Source: Cylindrospermopsis raciborskii Cr2010
GTDB lineage: Bacteria > Cyanobacteriota > Cyanobacteriia > Cyanobacteriales > Nostocaceae
NCBI RefSeq assembly: GCF_003367075.2
Contig: NZ_CP065936.1
Coordinates: 630,001-662,000 of the forward strand
Reading direction: 5' to 3'
DNA: 32,000 nucleotides
Shown: piece by piece, positions 19,220-28,724 of the stretch
How positions within the stretch are numbered: the stretch's first letter is position 1
How the letters are laid out: every line of letters starts with the position of its first letter
Made by a program: the position numbers and the translations under genes
Notes under the pieces: model-generated
Databases searched by the model: none
The model's input: the letters and a program-made list of their open reading frames with translations, nothing else
Told to the model about the DNA's origin: nothing

Positions 19220-20583
19220 CTTTCTAGAAAGGCCACTGTCTCCACGTGGGGTGTCTGAGGGAAAAAGTCCGCTGGTTGCACTTTCTTTAGCTTATACTCT
19301 CCACTGGCACATAACAAACTCAAGTCACGAGCTAATGTGGATGCTTTACAACTTATGTAAGCTATTTTTTTAGGTTTTAGTTTCAGCAGAGATTGTAGTA
19401 CAATAGGTTCACATCCCTTACGTGGTGGATCAAGAAGGACAATGTCTGGCAGTGTATCTAATTTGGGTAAAATATCCTCTACTGCTCCTATTTGGAATTT
19501 AGCATTAGTGATCCCGTTATGTTGAGCATTGTATATAGCTTGCTCTACTGCTGCTGGTTGTATTTCTAAGCCAATGGTCTGACGTGCTTGTTTTGCTAGT
19601 GGTAGAGTTAAAGTACCAATACCACAATAAGCATCAACAAGAATTTCATCACCCTGTAAATTAAGTTGTGATTGAATCACTTCCAAAAGTGCTTCTGCTG
19701 TTTCAGTGTAAACTTGAAAAAAGGTGTCTGGTCGCACCTTAAATTCCAGTCCAGCAAATCGTTCCCTGAGATAGGGGACTCCTGCAATACAAGTTGTTAC
19801 CTTTCCAAATATGGCATTCGTGCGATCGCCGTTATGATTCAAACAAATTCCCACCAGTTGAGGGTAACGGTGTAACCATTGCTGTGCTTGGGTTTCAATT
19901 CCTGGTAACTGACCATTTTTGACTACTAAGGTCAACAGAATTTCCCCCGTATAACGACCAATCCGTAAACCCAGATGGCGAATTTCCCCTTGATGACGGT
20001 TCTCATCATATACTGACCAACCTTGCTTTTGAATATCCTGTTTAATTTCCGTCAATAGAGGATTTAATCGAGGGTCTTGTACTGGACACTGATTTAAATT
20101 GATTAGTAAATGACTGCCTTTTTGATAGTAACCAGCTTGAACTTGTCCTGTAGATGAGGTTTTTATAGGATAAGTAGCTTTGTTGCGATAACCCAGGGGT
20201 GATTTTGTGGTTAACACTGATGCTACTGGTGGGTTAACAAAATTGCCAATTCTTTCTAAAGCCTGAATTACCTGGTTTTGCTTAACCTGTAACTGGTATT
20301 CATAATTTATGTGTTGCCATTGACAACCACCACATTTATCAGCAACAATACATTGGGGACGAGTTCTTTGCAAAGAAGGTTGGAAAATAGCTGTGACAGC
20401 GCCATGGGCATATTTATTCTTCACCCTGAGTAAACGAACCAACAGGCGATCGCCCACCACAGTATCGGGTACAAAAACAACCCTACCTTCAAACCTTCCC
20501 ACTCCTTCCCCATTGTCGTTGAGATCGGAAATTTCCAGCTCTATAATTTTTCCCTGTTGCCAAACTATATCATTATTATTCAT
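19216..20583 (-). CDS. rlmD: 23S rRNA (uracil-5-)-methyltransferase, RlmD/RumA-like
   Basis: TRAM-like N-terminus, CIVADKCGGCQWQH Fe-S cluster motif, VDAYCGIGTLTLPLA, VLLDPPRKGC, AYISCKASTLARDL. Confidence 0.88.
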   Translation of the reverse strand: MNNNDIVWQQGKIIELEISDLNDNGEGVGRFEGRVVFVPDTVVGDRLLVRLLRVKNKYAHGAVTAIFQPSLQRTRPQCIVADKCGGCQWQHINYEYQLQVKQNQVIQALERIGNFVNPPVASVLTTKSPLGYRNKATYPIKTSSTGQVQAGYYQKGSHLLINLNQCPVQDPRLNPLLTEIKQDIQKQGWSVYDENRHQGEIRHLGLRIGRYTGEILLTLVVKNGQLPGIETQAQQWLHRYPQLVGICLNHNGDRTNAIFGKVTTCIAGVPYLRERFAGLEFKVRPDTFFQVYTETAEALLEVIQSQLNLQGDEILVDAYCGIGTLTLPLAKQARQTIGLEIQPAAVEQAIYNAQHNGITNAKFQIGAVEDILPKLDTLPDIVLLDPPRKGCEPIVLQSLLKLKPKKIAYISCKASTLARDLSLLCASGEYKLKKVQPADFFPQTPHVETVAFLES

Positions 20584-20818
20584 TATTCATTACTACATTT
20601 TACTTAATAATACCAACTATACCGTTCACAAGAAAATCGCCGAAAGGCACGGAAGCCACTTGGCTTTAGACAGGAAGTGCCAACGACGAATTTATTCGCC
20701 TTGATATTTAACCGTGATGCGGTTCTTCAATATTCCAGTGTTGTCTTTATGTTATTTTGTGGCTGCTATTGACAAGTAAGTCTTATCTGAGCTATACTTT
20801 CGAAATAAACTTAAAGTA

Positions 20819-20935
20819 GCGGTGATGCTAAGAATTAATTTTAGCAGAATCAGTAGAGGCTGTTTAAGCCAGCCTCAGAAAGTTCGTTTATGGACTCTTC
20901 AGAAATCTCCGTGTCTTTAGACCGGAGAAGCTTAA
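20819..20935 (+). repeat. 117-bp perfect direct repeat, copy B; 58 bp upstream of apcD
   Basis: Identical to 19103-19219, same orientation. Confidence 0.95.
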
Positions 20936-20993
20936 TTCTGTACCCGAAAATGGTTAAAATAGGAAATAATATATTTTCCGTGACTACATAATC

Positions 20994-21479
20994 ATGACTG
21001 TAATTAGCCAAGTTATTCTCCAAGCTGATGATGAGCTGCGTTATCCTAGCAGTGGCGAACTCAAAAGCATCAAAGATTTTTTTCAAACAGGAGTTCAGCG
21101 AACAAGAATCGCTGCTACCCTAGCGGAAAACGAAAAAAAGATTGTTCAGGAAGCCACCAAAAAACTTTGGCAGAAGCGCCCTGACTTTATTTCTCCTGGT
21201 GGCAATGCCTACGGTGATAAACAGCGTTCTCTATGTATCCGTGATTTTGGATGGTACTTACGTCTAATCACTTATGGAGTTTTAGCGGGGGACAAAGAGC
21301 CCATTGAAAAGATTGGTCTAATTGGTGTGCGGGAAATGTACAATTCCCTGGGTGTGCCAGTACCGGGTATGGTAGAAGCGATTAGTTGCCTCAAACAAGC
21401 GTCTTTAGACCTATTAAGTGGAGAAGATGCAGCAGCTACCCAACCATACTTTGACTATATAATCCAATCCATGTCCTAG
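20994..21479 (+). CDS. apcD: Allophycocyanin alpha-B subunit
   Basis: [33 protein letters not shown]...[52 protein letters not shown]. Confidence 0.93.
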   Translation: MTVISQVILQADDELRYPSSGELKSIKDFFQTGVQRTRIAATLAENEKKIVQEATKKLWQKRPDFISPGGNAYGDKQRSLCIRDFGWYLRLITYGVLAGDKEPIEKIGLIGVREMYNSLGVPVPGMVEAISCLKQASLDLLSGEDAAATQPYFDYIIQSMS

Positions 21480-21606
21480 AACCACCCTAATAAACTTCCA
21501 AGTGGGCTATTGCTCAGTAGTCAGCCCCAAGCTTGATAGTGGCTAGGGCAAGACCATTATTAAGGTATTGTTGAGCTACTATCAATGTTTGGGAGAGTAC
21601 TAGAAC

Positions 21607-21870
21607 TTAAATTTTACCGATGCTGTGAAGTCCTAATATCACACCTGCGCCGAGGATATGACCAAAAGCAGTGGTTGCCAGAACTGCTGGTAAACCGAAC
21701 CCGCCAAAGAAATTAGGAGATGGTGTGGAGGGAGGCGCGCTGGGGTACTCAATAGTAAATTTACCGAAACCAGCAGCAAAAATATTAGCCACCAACATAA
21801 TAATGCCAACGGTGGGGCTCCAGGTTAGGGGAGCAGTTGCGGTAACAGCGAGCAGGGCGGAAGTTAACAC
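21607..21870 (-). CDS. psaK: Photosystem I reaction centre subunit PsaK
   Basis: TWSPTVGIIMLVANIFAAGFGKFTIEYP...GLPAVLATTAFGHILGAGVILGL. Confidence 0.9.
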   Translation of the reverse strand: MLTSALLAVTATAPLTWSPTVGIIMLVANIFAAGFGKFTIEYPSAPPSTPSPNFFGGFGLPAVLATTAFGHILGAGVILGLHSIGKI

Positions 21871-21939
21871 TAGATATTCTCCTTGGGTGATGTGAGCAGA
21901 TAATAAGAGCTGACATTATCATAAATCCAGTAAGATTAT

Positions 21940-22425
21940 ATGATCAACTGCCCATGGTTTCACTCACTTTCTCAATTTACTATGTCCTTGAGTCCTGATT
22001 CCTTACCACCAGCGCTGGGGAAGATCGTTCAAAGATTTCAACGTGCTTCCGATCCCAAGCGTCGCTATGAACAGCTAATTTGGTATGCACAGAAACTACC
22101 TGAGTTTGCCGAAGCAAACAAGGTACCAGAAAACAAAGTTCCTGGTTGTGTTTCTCAGGTATATGTTACAGCTAGACTTAATGACAGCAAGGTAATGTTT
22201 GCAGGAGATTCAGATTCTCAGCTAACCAAGGGGTTATTAGCACTGTTAATAGAAGGGCTAAATGGATTAACTCCTAAAGAAATTATACAACTAACCCCGG
22301 AATTTATCCAAGAAACGGGATTAAACGTTAGTCTCACACCTTCCCGCGCCAATGGTTTTTACAACATCTTCAGGACCATGCAAAAAAAGGCACTAGAATG
22401 TGATCCACCAACAGGCGGGGGATGA
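21940..22425 (+). CDS. SufE-like Fe-S assembly/cysteine desulfurase activator
   Basis: LPPALGKIVQRFQRASDPKRRYEQLIWYAQKLP...ENKVPGCVSQVYVTARL...DSQLTKGLLALLIEGLNG. Confidence 0.88.
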   Translation: MINCPWFHSLSQFTMSLSPDSLPPALGKIVQRFQRASDPKRRYEQLIWYAQKLPEFAEANKVPENKVPGCVSQVYVTARLNDSKVMFAGDSDSQLTKGLLALLIEGLNGLTPKEIIQLTPEFIQETGLNVSLTPSRANGFYNIFRTMQKKALECDPPTGGG

Positions 22426-22480
22426 TGGGCATTAGCTTACCAATACATCCCTTGTGCCTATTGGAATTCTACCTTAGCTA

Positions 22481-22711
22481 TTAAATGACCTGTTCTACTT
22501 CACCAATTTCGGGAATCATTTCTTTGAGACGGCGTTCAATGCCCATTCTCAGGGTCATAGTAGAACTAGGACAAGAACCGCAAGCCCCTTGTAAGCGTAG
22601 TTTCACAATTGGTCCATCCAATTCTACCACTTCCACATTACCCCCATCAGATATTAGGTAGGGTCGCATTTCATCTAGTACAGTTTCAACGTTTTCAAGA
22701 GTTAGTTCCAT
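22481..22711 (-). CDS. NifU C-terminal-like (Nfu) Fe-S scaffold protein
   Basis: [47 protein letters not shown]: CGSC motif. Confidence 0.92.
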   Translation of the reverse strand: MELTLENVETVLDEMRPYLISDGGNVEVVELDGPIVKLRLQGACGSCPSSTMTLRMGIERRLKEMIPEIGEVEQVI

Positions 22712-22780
22712 AGTTTTGATACCTGTTTAGTAGGGGATAGCTTTAAGCTTACCCGATTTTTCGTAGGGTAGTTGAAAGAC

Positions 22781-23056
22781 TCAATCATTCCATTCACCCC
22801 GTGGGGGGACAGGGGTGCGCATGGGAGTACGAGTCAGTTCATCATCCCTGGGAAAATCTCCCCGTAACCACTGACGAATGGCAACCTCTACGACCTTACT
22901 GGGGTCATTGGTGAGATGTTGAATCTGAGCGATTAATTCCGAGTCCAGACGTAGTGCTATTTCTATTTTTTCAGCGTTTGTATTATCCGCTTTATTGTGA
23001 TTCTTTTCCATATTCATAGGTTTATATTCCCAAAAAAATTGCCCAACATTGCCCAA
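22781..23056 (-). CDS. Small CopG/ribbon-helix-helix-like protein; start uncertain
   Basis: EKIEIALRLDSELIAQIQHLTNDPSKVVEVAIRQWLRG. Confidence 0.55.
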   Translation of the reverse strand: MGNVGQFFWEYKPMNMEKNHNKADNTNAEKIEIALRLDSELIAQIQHLTNDPSKVVEVAIRQWLRGDFPRDDELTRTPMRTPVPPRGEWND

Positions 23057-23244
23057 CCCCAGATAACCAATTTGTAACTGGCAGTTTTTATATCCAGTGA
23101 CATCATATCCTGAAAATCAATTTACCGATTTAGTGGGGAAGAGGGGGAATTGCCAATCATGTATTACCCATTGCCCAATAAAGCATTAAAATACATGAAG
23201 TGAATACTTTTAAATTTTGACTGCTAATCAAGCAAAGATGGTAT

Positions 23245-25056
23245 ATGACTGAGGTTCCCGCCATTCGCATTCGCAACTTCTGTATTATCGCTCATATAGA
23301 TCATGGGAAGTCCACCCTGGCTGATCGTTTACTGCAGGCCACTGGGACGGTAGAAGACCGACAAATGAAAGAGCAGTTCCTAGATAATATGGATCTAGAA
23401 CGGGAGCGTGGCATCACAATTAAGCTGCAAGCAGCCCGCATGAATTACACCGCTAAGGATGGACAGCGGTATGTGTTGAACTTAATTGACACTCCTGGTC
23501 ATGTGGACTTTTCCTATGAAGTTTCACGCTCTTTAGCTGCTTGTGAAGGTGCTTTATTGGTAGTTGATGCTTCCCAGGGGGTAGAGGCCCAAACCTTGGC
23601 CAATGTGTACCTGGCCTTGGAACATGACCTGGAAATTATCCCCGTGTTAAATAAAATTGATTTACCAGGAGCAGAACCAGATCGGGTCATTGGAGAAATT
23701 GAGGAGATTATTGGACTAGATTGTAGCGGGGCAATTTTAGCCTCCGCTAAGGAAGGAATAGGTATTCCAGAAATTTTAGAGGCTATAGTCGAGCGCGTAC
23801 CCCCAGCAGCTGATACTGTCAGTCAACGATTAAGGGCCTTGATCTTTGATAGCTATTATGATAGCTACCGGGGAGTAATAGTTTATTTCCGGGTAATGGA
23901 TGGCACAGTCAAAAAAGGCGATCGCATTTATTTGATGGCCTCCGACAAGGAATATGAGATTGACGAGTTAGGAGTTCTTTGTCCCAACCAGACTCAGGTA
24001 GAAGAATTGCACGCGGGGGAGGTGGGTTATCTGGCTGCGGCGATTAAGGCGGTAGCTGATGCACGAGTGGGTGATACTATTACATTAGCAAAGGCTAAAG
24101 CTAGTGAAGCTTTACCAGGTTATACTGAAGCTAATCCCATGGTTTTTTGTGGTATGTTTCCTATAGATGCAGACCAATTTGAAGACTTACGGGAGGCTTT
24201 AGAAAAGCTAAGATTGAATGATGCTGCTTTGCAATACGAACCAGAAACTTCCAGTGCTATGGGATTTGGATTCCGTTGTGGGTTTTTAGGTTTGCTGCAC
24301 ATGGAAATTGTCCAGGAGCGGTTAGAGCGGGAATATAATCTGGATTTGATTATTACTGCTCCTTCCGTGGTTTATAAGGTGATTACTATCAAGGGTGAGG
24401 AACTCTATATTGACAATCCAAGCCACCTACCAGCACCTAACGATCGAGAAAGAATAGAAGAACCCTACGTACAAGTAGAAATGATTACTCCAGAAACCTT
24501 TGTAGGAACCCTAATGGAGTTATCACAAAATCGTCGGGGTGTGTTTAAGGATATGAAATACCTTACCCAAGGTAGAACCACTCTTACATACGAACTTCCC
24601 CTAGCTGAAGTAGTGACGGACTTTTTTGATCAGATGAAGTCCCGATCCCGTGGGTATGCTAGTATGGAATATCATCTAATTGGCTACCGTGAAAATCCTC
24701 TAGTAAAATTGGATATTATGATCAATGGTGACCCGGTAGACTCCTTGGCAATGATCGTTCACCGAGATAAAGCCTACAATGTGGGTAGATCCATGGCTGA
24801 AAAGTTGAAGGAATTAATTCCACGTCATCAGTTTAAAGTTCCTATCCAAGCTTCTATAGGCACTAAAGTAATTGCCAGTGAACATATCCCTGCTTTGAGA
24901 AAAGATGTTTTGGCTAAGTGCTATGGTGGTGATATTAGTCGTAAGAAAAAGCTTTTGCAAAAACAAGCTAAGGGTAAAAAACGGATGAAAGCTGTAGGGA
25001 CAGTGGATGTACCTCAAGAAGCTTTTATGGCTGTGTTAAAGTTAGATCAAAGCTAG
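23245..25056 (+). CDS. lepA: Elongation factor 4 / LepA GTPase
   Basis: [25 protein letters not shown] (P-loop), [18 protein letters not shown], LepA C-terminal [26 protein letters not shown]. Confidence 0.98.
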   Translation: MTEVPAIRIRNFCIIAHIDHGKSTLADRLLQATGTVEDRQMKEQFLDNMDLERERGITIKLQAARMNYTAKDGQRYVLNLIDTPGHVDFSYEVSRSLAACEGALLVVDASQGVEAQTLANVYLALEHDLEIIPVLNKIDLPGAEPDRVIGEIEEIIGLDCSGAILASAKEGIGIPEILEAIVERVPPAADTVSQRLRALIFDSYYDSYRGVIVYFRVMDGTVKKGDRIYLMASDKEYEIDELGVLCPNQTQVEELHAGEVGYLAAAIKAVADARVGDTITLAKAKASEALPGYTEANPMVFCGMFPIDADQFEDLREALEKLRLNDAALQYEPETSSAMGFGFRCGFLGLLHMEIVQERLEREYNLDLIITAPSVVYKVITIKGEELYIDNPSHLPAPNDRERIEEPYVQVEMITPETFVGTLMELSQNRRGVFKDMKYLTQGRTTLTYELPLAEVVTDFFDQMKSRSRGYASMEYHLIGYRENPLVKLDIMINGDPVDSLAMIVHRDKAYNVGRSMAEKLKELIPRHQFKVPIQASIGTKVIASEHIPALRKDVLAKCYGGDISRKKKLLQKQAKGKKRMKAVGTVDVPQEAFMAVLKLDQS

Positions 25057-25112
25057 TCAATATAGGATCAATTGGGGTGTGTATCAAGCATCAAAAAGTT
25101 ACCCAAGGAAGG

Positions 25113-25129
25113 GGGAGCAAAACCCCCCC
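25113..25129 (+). terminator. Possible terminator-like hairpin downstream of lepA (no clear T-tract)
   Basis: GGGGG-AGCAAAA-CCCCC 57 bp after lepA. Confidence 0.35.
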
Positions 25130-25359
25130 AGAAATTCCTAACTCCACTCACCTACCTGGAAATTGGATAAAAACTATAAACCATGAGGAAAATCAAAACC
25201 CATCCTAGGTGTTATGGCTAAAGCTATATTATTGGTGTAGCGTTTTGTGAGACCTAGAAAACTAAAAACCACATCAAAGGTTGAAGGTTGATAAGAAAAT
25301 AAAGTCTCGAATTCCTGTTAGTTATTTAAATTTTTGTAAAGTATCGGGGAGTCAAAAGA

Positions 25360-26544
25360 ATGAAGATACTGGTACTAAGTTGGGAATTTCCACCAAGGAT
25401 AGTTGGAGGTATTGCTCGTCACGTGGGAGAGCTGTACCCAGAATTGGTGAAGTTAGGACATGAAATTCACCTAATTACACCCGATGTGAAACAAGCATCC
25501 CCTTATGAAGTGGTGGAAGGTATTTATGTGCACCGATTACCAGTAGCCCATAGCCATGATTTTTTTCACTGGGTAGTCAATTTAAATCAGAGTATGGGTC
25601 ATTATGGTGGTAAATTAATTAAAGAAGGATATTTTGATATTATTCATGCCCATGATTGGTTAGTAGGAGACGCGGCGATCGCCCTAAAACACAATTTCAA
25701 AATTCCTTTAGTTGCTACCATTCATGCGACAGAATATGGAAGATGTAATGGGATTCATAATGATATCCAAAACTATGTGCATAGTAAAGAAAATGAATTG
25801 GCGTATAATGCGTGGCGGATTATTGTTTGCACCAAATATATGCAAAAAGAAGTGACCAGAGCCTTGCAGAGTCCCCCAGATAAAATAGACATAATTTATA
25901 ATGGCATTCGTCCGGAGAAAAAACGTCATCATCGGGATTTTCATGCCCAAAATTTTCGTCGGCAATTTGCAGCTGATCACGAAAAAATAGTGTATTATGT
26001 TGGGAGAATAACCCATGAAAAGGGCATACCGGTATTACTCAACGCTGCTCCTCAAATTCTCTGGGAAATGGGTGGTTATGTTAAATTTGTGATTATTGGT
26101 GGTGGGAATACGGATCATTTAAAACAACAAGCTTGGGATTTAGGAATTTGGGACAAATGTTATTTCACAGGTTTCCTTTCTGATGATTATTTAGATAAAT
26201 TTCAAACCCTAGCTGATTGTGCGGTTTTTCCTAGTTTATATGAACCCTTTGGGATTGTGGCCTTAGAGAGTTTTGCTGCGAGGGTACCAGTGATAGTATC
26301 AGACACTGGTGGTTTTCCAGAAGTCATTGAACACACAAAAACAGGAATTATCACTCAGGTAAATAATCCCCGCTCATTAGCACGGGGAATCTTAGAAGTT
26401 TTGAAAAATCCCGGTTATGGAAAATGGTTAGTAGATAATGCATATCAAGAGTTGGAGCGCCGTTTTTGCTGGACAGAATTGGCCCAAAAAACCGTTACAG
26501 TTTATGAGAAAGTGTTAAAAGAGCGATCGCAAGTTGATTGGTAG
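25360..26544 (+). CDS. GT4-family glycosyltransferase (glycogen synthase-like fold)
   Basis: MKILVLSWEFPPRIVGGIARHVGEL...IIHAHDWL...YVGRITHEKGIPVLLNA...FPSLYEPFGIVALESFAARVPVIVSDTGGFPEVI. Confidence 0.9.
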   Translation: MKILVLSWEFPPRIVGGIARHVGELYPELVKLGHEIHLITPDVKQASPYEVVEGIYVHRLPVAHSHDFFHWVVNLNQSMGHYGGKLIKEGYFDIIHAHDWLVGDAAIALKHNFKIPLVATIHATEYGRCNGIHNDIQNYVHSKENELAYNAWRIIVCTKYMQKEVTRALQSPPDKIDIIYNGIRPEKKRHHRDFHAQNFRRQFAADHEKIVYYVGRITHEKGIPVLLNAAPQILWEMGGYVKFVIIGGGNTDHLKQQAWDLGIWDKCYFTGFLSDDYLDKFQTLADCAVFPSLYEPFGIVALESFAARVPVIVSDTGGFPEVIEHTKTGIITQVNNPRSLARGILEVLKNPGYGKWLVDNAYQELERRFCWTELAQKTVTVYEKVLKERSQVDW

Positions 26545-26623
26545 GATACCAACTAAAAGGTCAAAAGAACACTAATACCTTACGGTGGGAATTTCTGTGG
26601 AGAAGTGCAAGATTTAAAGATAA

Positions 26624-27703
26624 TTGGAGATAATTAGAAATAATAGGTGTTTGCAACTTCTGAGTATGGCCAAATGGTTGAAAACAGCAATTGATATCTT
26701 GTTGAAGATGGGAACCTCCCTCCTATCCCACTTAAAAGCTAACTTCAAGCGCTACCTGGAGAAAATAGACAGGGATGTTACTCCTTCTGCGGGAAAATCA
26801 TATCCTTACAATAAGTGTGCTCAATCCCAGCTAGCTGGACCAGTACATAATTTAGGGGGTGGTGGTGTGGATGTGGACGATGGAATTCAATGGATGATCA
26901 ATCAAGTTAGAGGTGGTGACAACTCTGACCAAAAAGTGAATGTTTTGGTTGTTCGTGCTAGTGGAAATGATAACTACAACGAACTAATTTATCGCATGCG
27001 AGGAGTAAATTATGTAAAAACCCTAATTGTTAAAAACCGACAAGAGGCTAATAGAAATGATATTTTTGATCAGGTCAGAAATGCTGGAGTAATTTTCTTT
27101 GCAGGTGGGGATCAATGTGAATATATACGTCACTGGAAAAATACCAAATTGGAAGCTGCAATCAAATCAGTTTATGATAAGGGAGGAGCGGTGGGTGGAA
27201 CAAGTGCAGGAGCAATGATTCAAAGCGAGTTTGTTTATGATTCTTGTGCTTGCGAGGAGAGTATTGAAACTTGGGAAGCACTTAGTGATCCCTACAGGAA
27301 TATCACCTTTACTTATAACTTTTTCCAATGGAAGTATTTAAAAAGGACTGTAATTGACACTCATTTTGATGAACGTAAACGTATGGGGAGAATTATGGTC
27401 TTTATTGCACGACAAATACAAGATGGTATATCTAAAGATGCTTTAGGTATAGCTATTAGTGAGCAAACATCTTTATTAGTAGACAAAAATGGTATGGCCA
27501 AAGTAGCGGGAAGGGGTGCAGTCTATTTCGTGCTAGGAGATCATCCCCCCCAAGTCTGTCAACCCGGTCAACCGCTGACTTACCATGAGTATAAAATTTG
27601 GCGTTTGATTCGAGGTGAAACCTTTAATTTAAAGCATCCACCATCCACCGGGTATTATTTCAGAAGTGTGAAACGGGGTAAATTTGATCGTGACCCCTAC
27701 TAG
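26624..27703 (+). CDS. Cyanophycinase-like protein (peptidase family S51)
   Basis: GVIFFAGGDQCEYI and KGGAVGGTSAGAMI nucleophile elbow, then IDTHFDERKRMGR, as in CphB-type enzymes. Confidence 0.8.
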   Translation: MEIIRNNRCLQLLSMAKWLKTAIDILLKMGTSLLSHLKANFKRYLEKIDRDVTPSAGKSYPYNKCAQSQLAGPVHNLGGGGVDVDDGIQWMINQVRGGDNSDQKVNVLVVRASGNDNYNELIYRMRGVNYVKTLIVKNRQEANRNDIFDQVRNAGVIFFAGGDQCEYIRHWKNTKLEAAIKSVYDKGGAVGGTSAGAMIQSEFVYDSCACEESIETWEALSDPYRNITFTYNFFQWKYLKRTVIDTHFDERKRMGRIMVFIARQIQDGISKDALGIAISEQTSLLVDKNGMAKVAGRGAVYFVLGDHPPQVCQPGQPLTYHEYKIWRLIRGETFNLKHPPSTGYYFRSVKRGKFDRDPY

Positions 27704-27743
27704 CTTCCCACGTGGTAAATCTCGGGAGATATTCCGATGTAAA

Positions 27744-28724
27744 TTACTGTATTTGTAATACTGTTAGGTATAAATTCTTTCTGGTTTCTGTTTTTAAAAA
27801 TTCCATTTGTAAGGGTTGCCATTGCTGCCATAATTGATAGCGATTGGTAGCTAGGATGGTCATCATTTCAGTTAAACTGGATTCGCCTTCTGATTTATAG
27901 ATATCTAACAACCACTTGTTTAAAACCATGCTATCTTGCAGATTACCCAAAATTTCTTGAACTTGTTTAATTTGCCCAAGCTGTTGTGTGAATGATTGTT
28001 GGTATAGGTCGTCAAATAAATCTATTTGATAGCGGACTCTTTTGGCCTGTTTTCGCAGGTCATGGAGAGTTTCTCCCTGGATTTTTAGGCTTTTTTCTAG
28101 CTCTTCAGGAGTCCATTTTATTGATGTAATCCCAGCTGTATCTAGGGTTCTCGTACCAATTATCCATCCTGGATGTAATAGAAATCTACTGATTTGTGGT
28201 AGGAGGAGTTCTGGTACTGCTTGCTGGATTTGTAACTGTGCTAAAGGATTGTATATGGGGTTTTTTAGCCACTCCAGCAAGTCCTGTTTAAAGGATTTAT
28301 ATAGTTCCGATTTGAAGATTTTCTGCACCGATAAACAGACTGATTCTCGCTCTTGAGATATGGCAGAAAAAGCCCTTTCTAAAGAACTTTGTTGATGGGG
28401 TGATAGGTATGGTTCATAGTCCCGCTCCAGAATTTCTTTTAACACATCTAAATCCCTGAGCTTTCCTAAAGTTCTGGCAATTTTACCAATACTTTGATCA
28501 TTCACGGATGAAGGTAGATCTAAAAAAGAACTAAAACTAGTAACGGCAGTACGTAAACGACGCATTCCTACTCGCATTTGGTGTAATGCTCTAGGATCCT
28601 TGTCTTTCTTGACCGATTTTTCATATTCAAGGGTTTTCTCAGCGATTTTCGTCAATGCTTGATGTGCCAAGTATCCTAAGCTTGTTGCTGATAATTTTGT
28701 CACAGATGTGGTGATTAGTTTCAT
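27744..28724 (-). CDS. CHAD domain protein (predicted polyphosphate-binding helical domain)
   Basis: DPRALHQMRVGMRRLRTAVTSF...LGKLRDLDVLKEIL...LHDLRKQAKRVRYQIDLF...LGNLQDSMV. Confidence 0.9.
   Translation of the reverse strand: MKLITTSVTKLSATSLGYLAHQALTKIAEKTLEYEKSVKKDKDPRALHQMRVGMRRLRTAVTSFSSFLDLPSSVNDQSIGKIARTLGKLRDLDVLKEILERDYEPYLSPHQQSSLERAFSAISQERESVCLSVQKIFKSELYKSFKQDLLEWLKNPIYNPLAQLQIQQAVPELLLPQISRFLLHPGWIIGTRTLDTAGITSIKWTPEELEKSLKIQGETLHDLRKQAKRVRYQIDLFDDLYQQSFTQQLGQIKQVQEILGNLQDSMVLNKWLLDIYKSEGESSLTEMMTILATNRYQLWQQWQPLQMEFLKTETRKNLYLTVLQIQ

Noticed and set aside
20393-20704. Plus-strand 103-aa ORF
   Set aside because: Mostly antisense to the N-terminus of the rlmD-like gene and runs into the repeat-rich intergenic region.
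20850-21086. Minus-strand 78-aa ORF
   Set aside because: Antisense to the apcD start, and its C-terminal part is just the reverse translation of the 117-bp repeat.
21671-21895. Plus-strand 74-aa ORF
   Set aside because: Antisense to psaK, which has clear family motifs.
22781-23056. CopG-like protein as half of a toxin-antitoxin pair
   Set aside because: No adjacent small toxin-like ORF; neighbours are Nfu-like and lepA.
23038-23057. ATTGCCCAAC x2 as a possible CRISPR or long tandem array
   Set aside because: Only two 10-bp copies with no spacers or further units; simple short duplication.
25281-25463. Plus-strand 60-aa ORF ahead of the glycosyltransferase
   Set aside because: Overlaps the strong GT4 start in another frame and shows no protein-like features.
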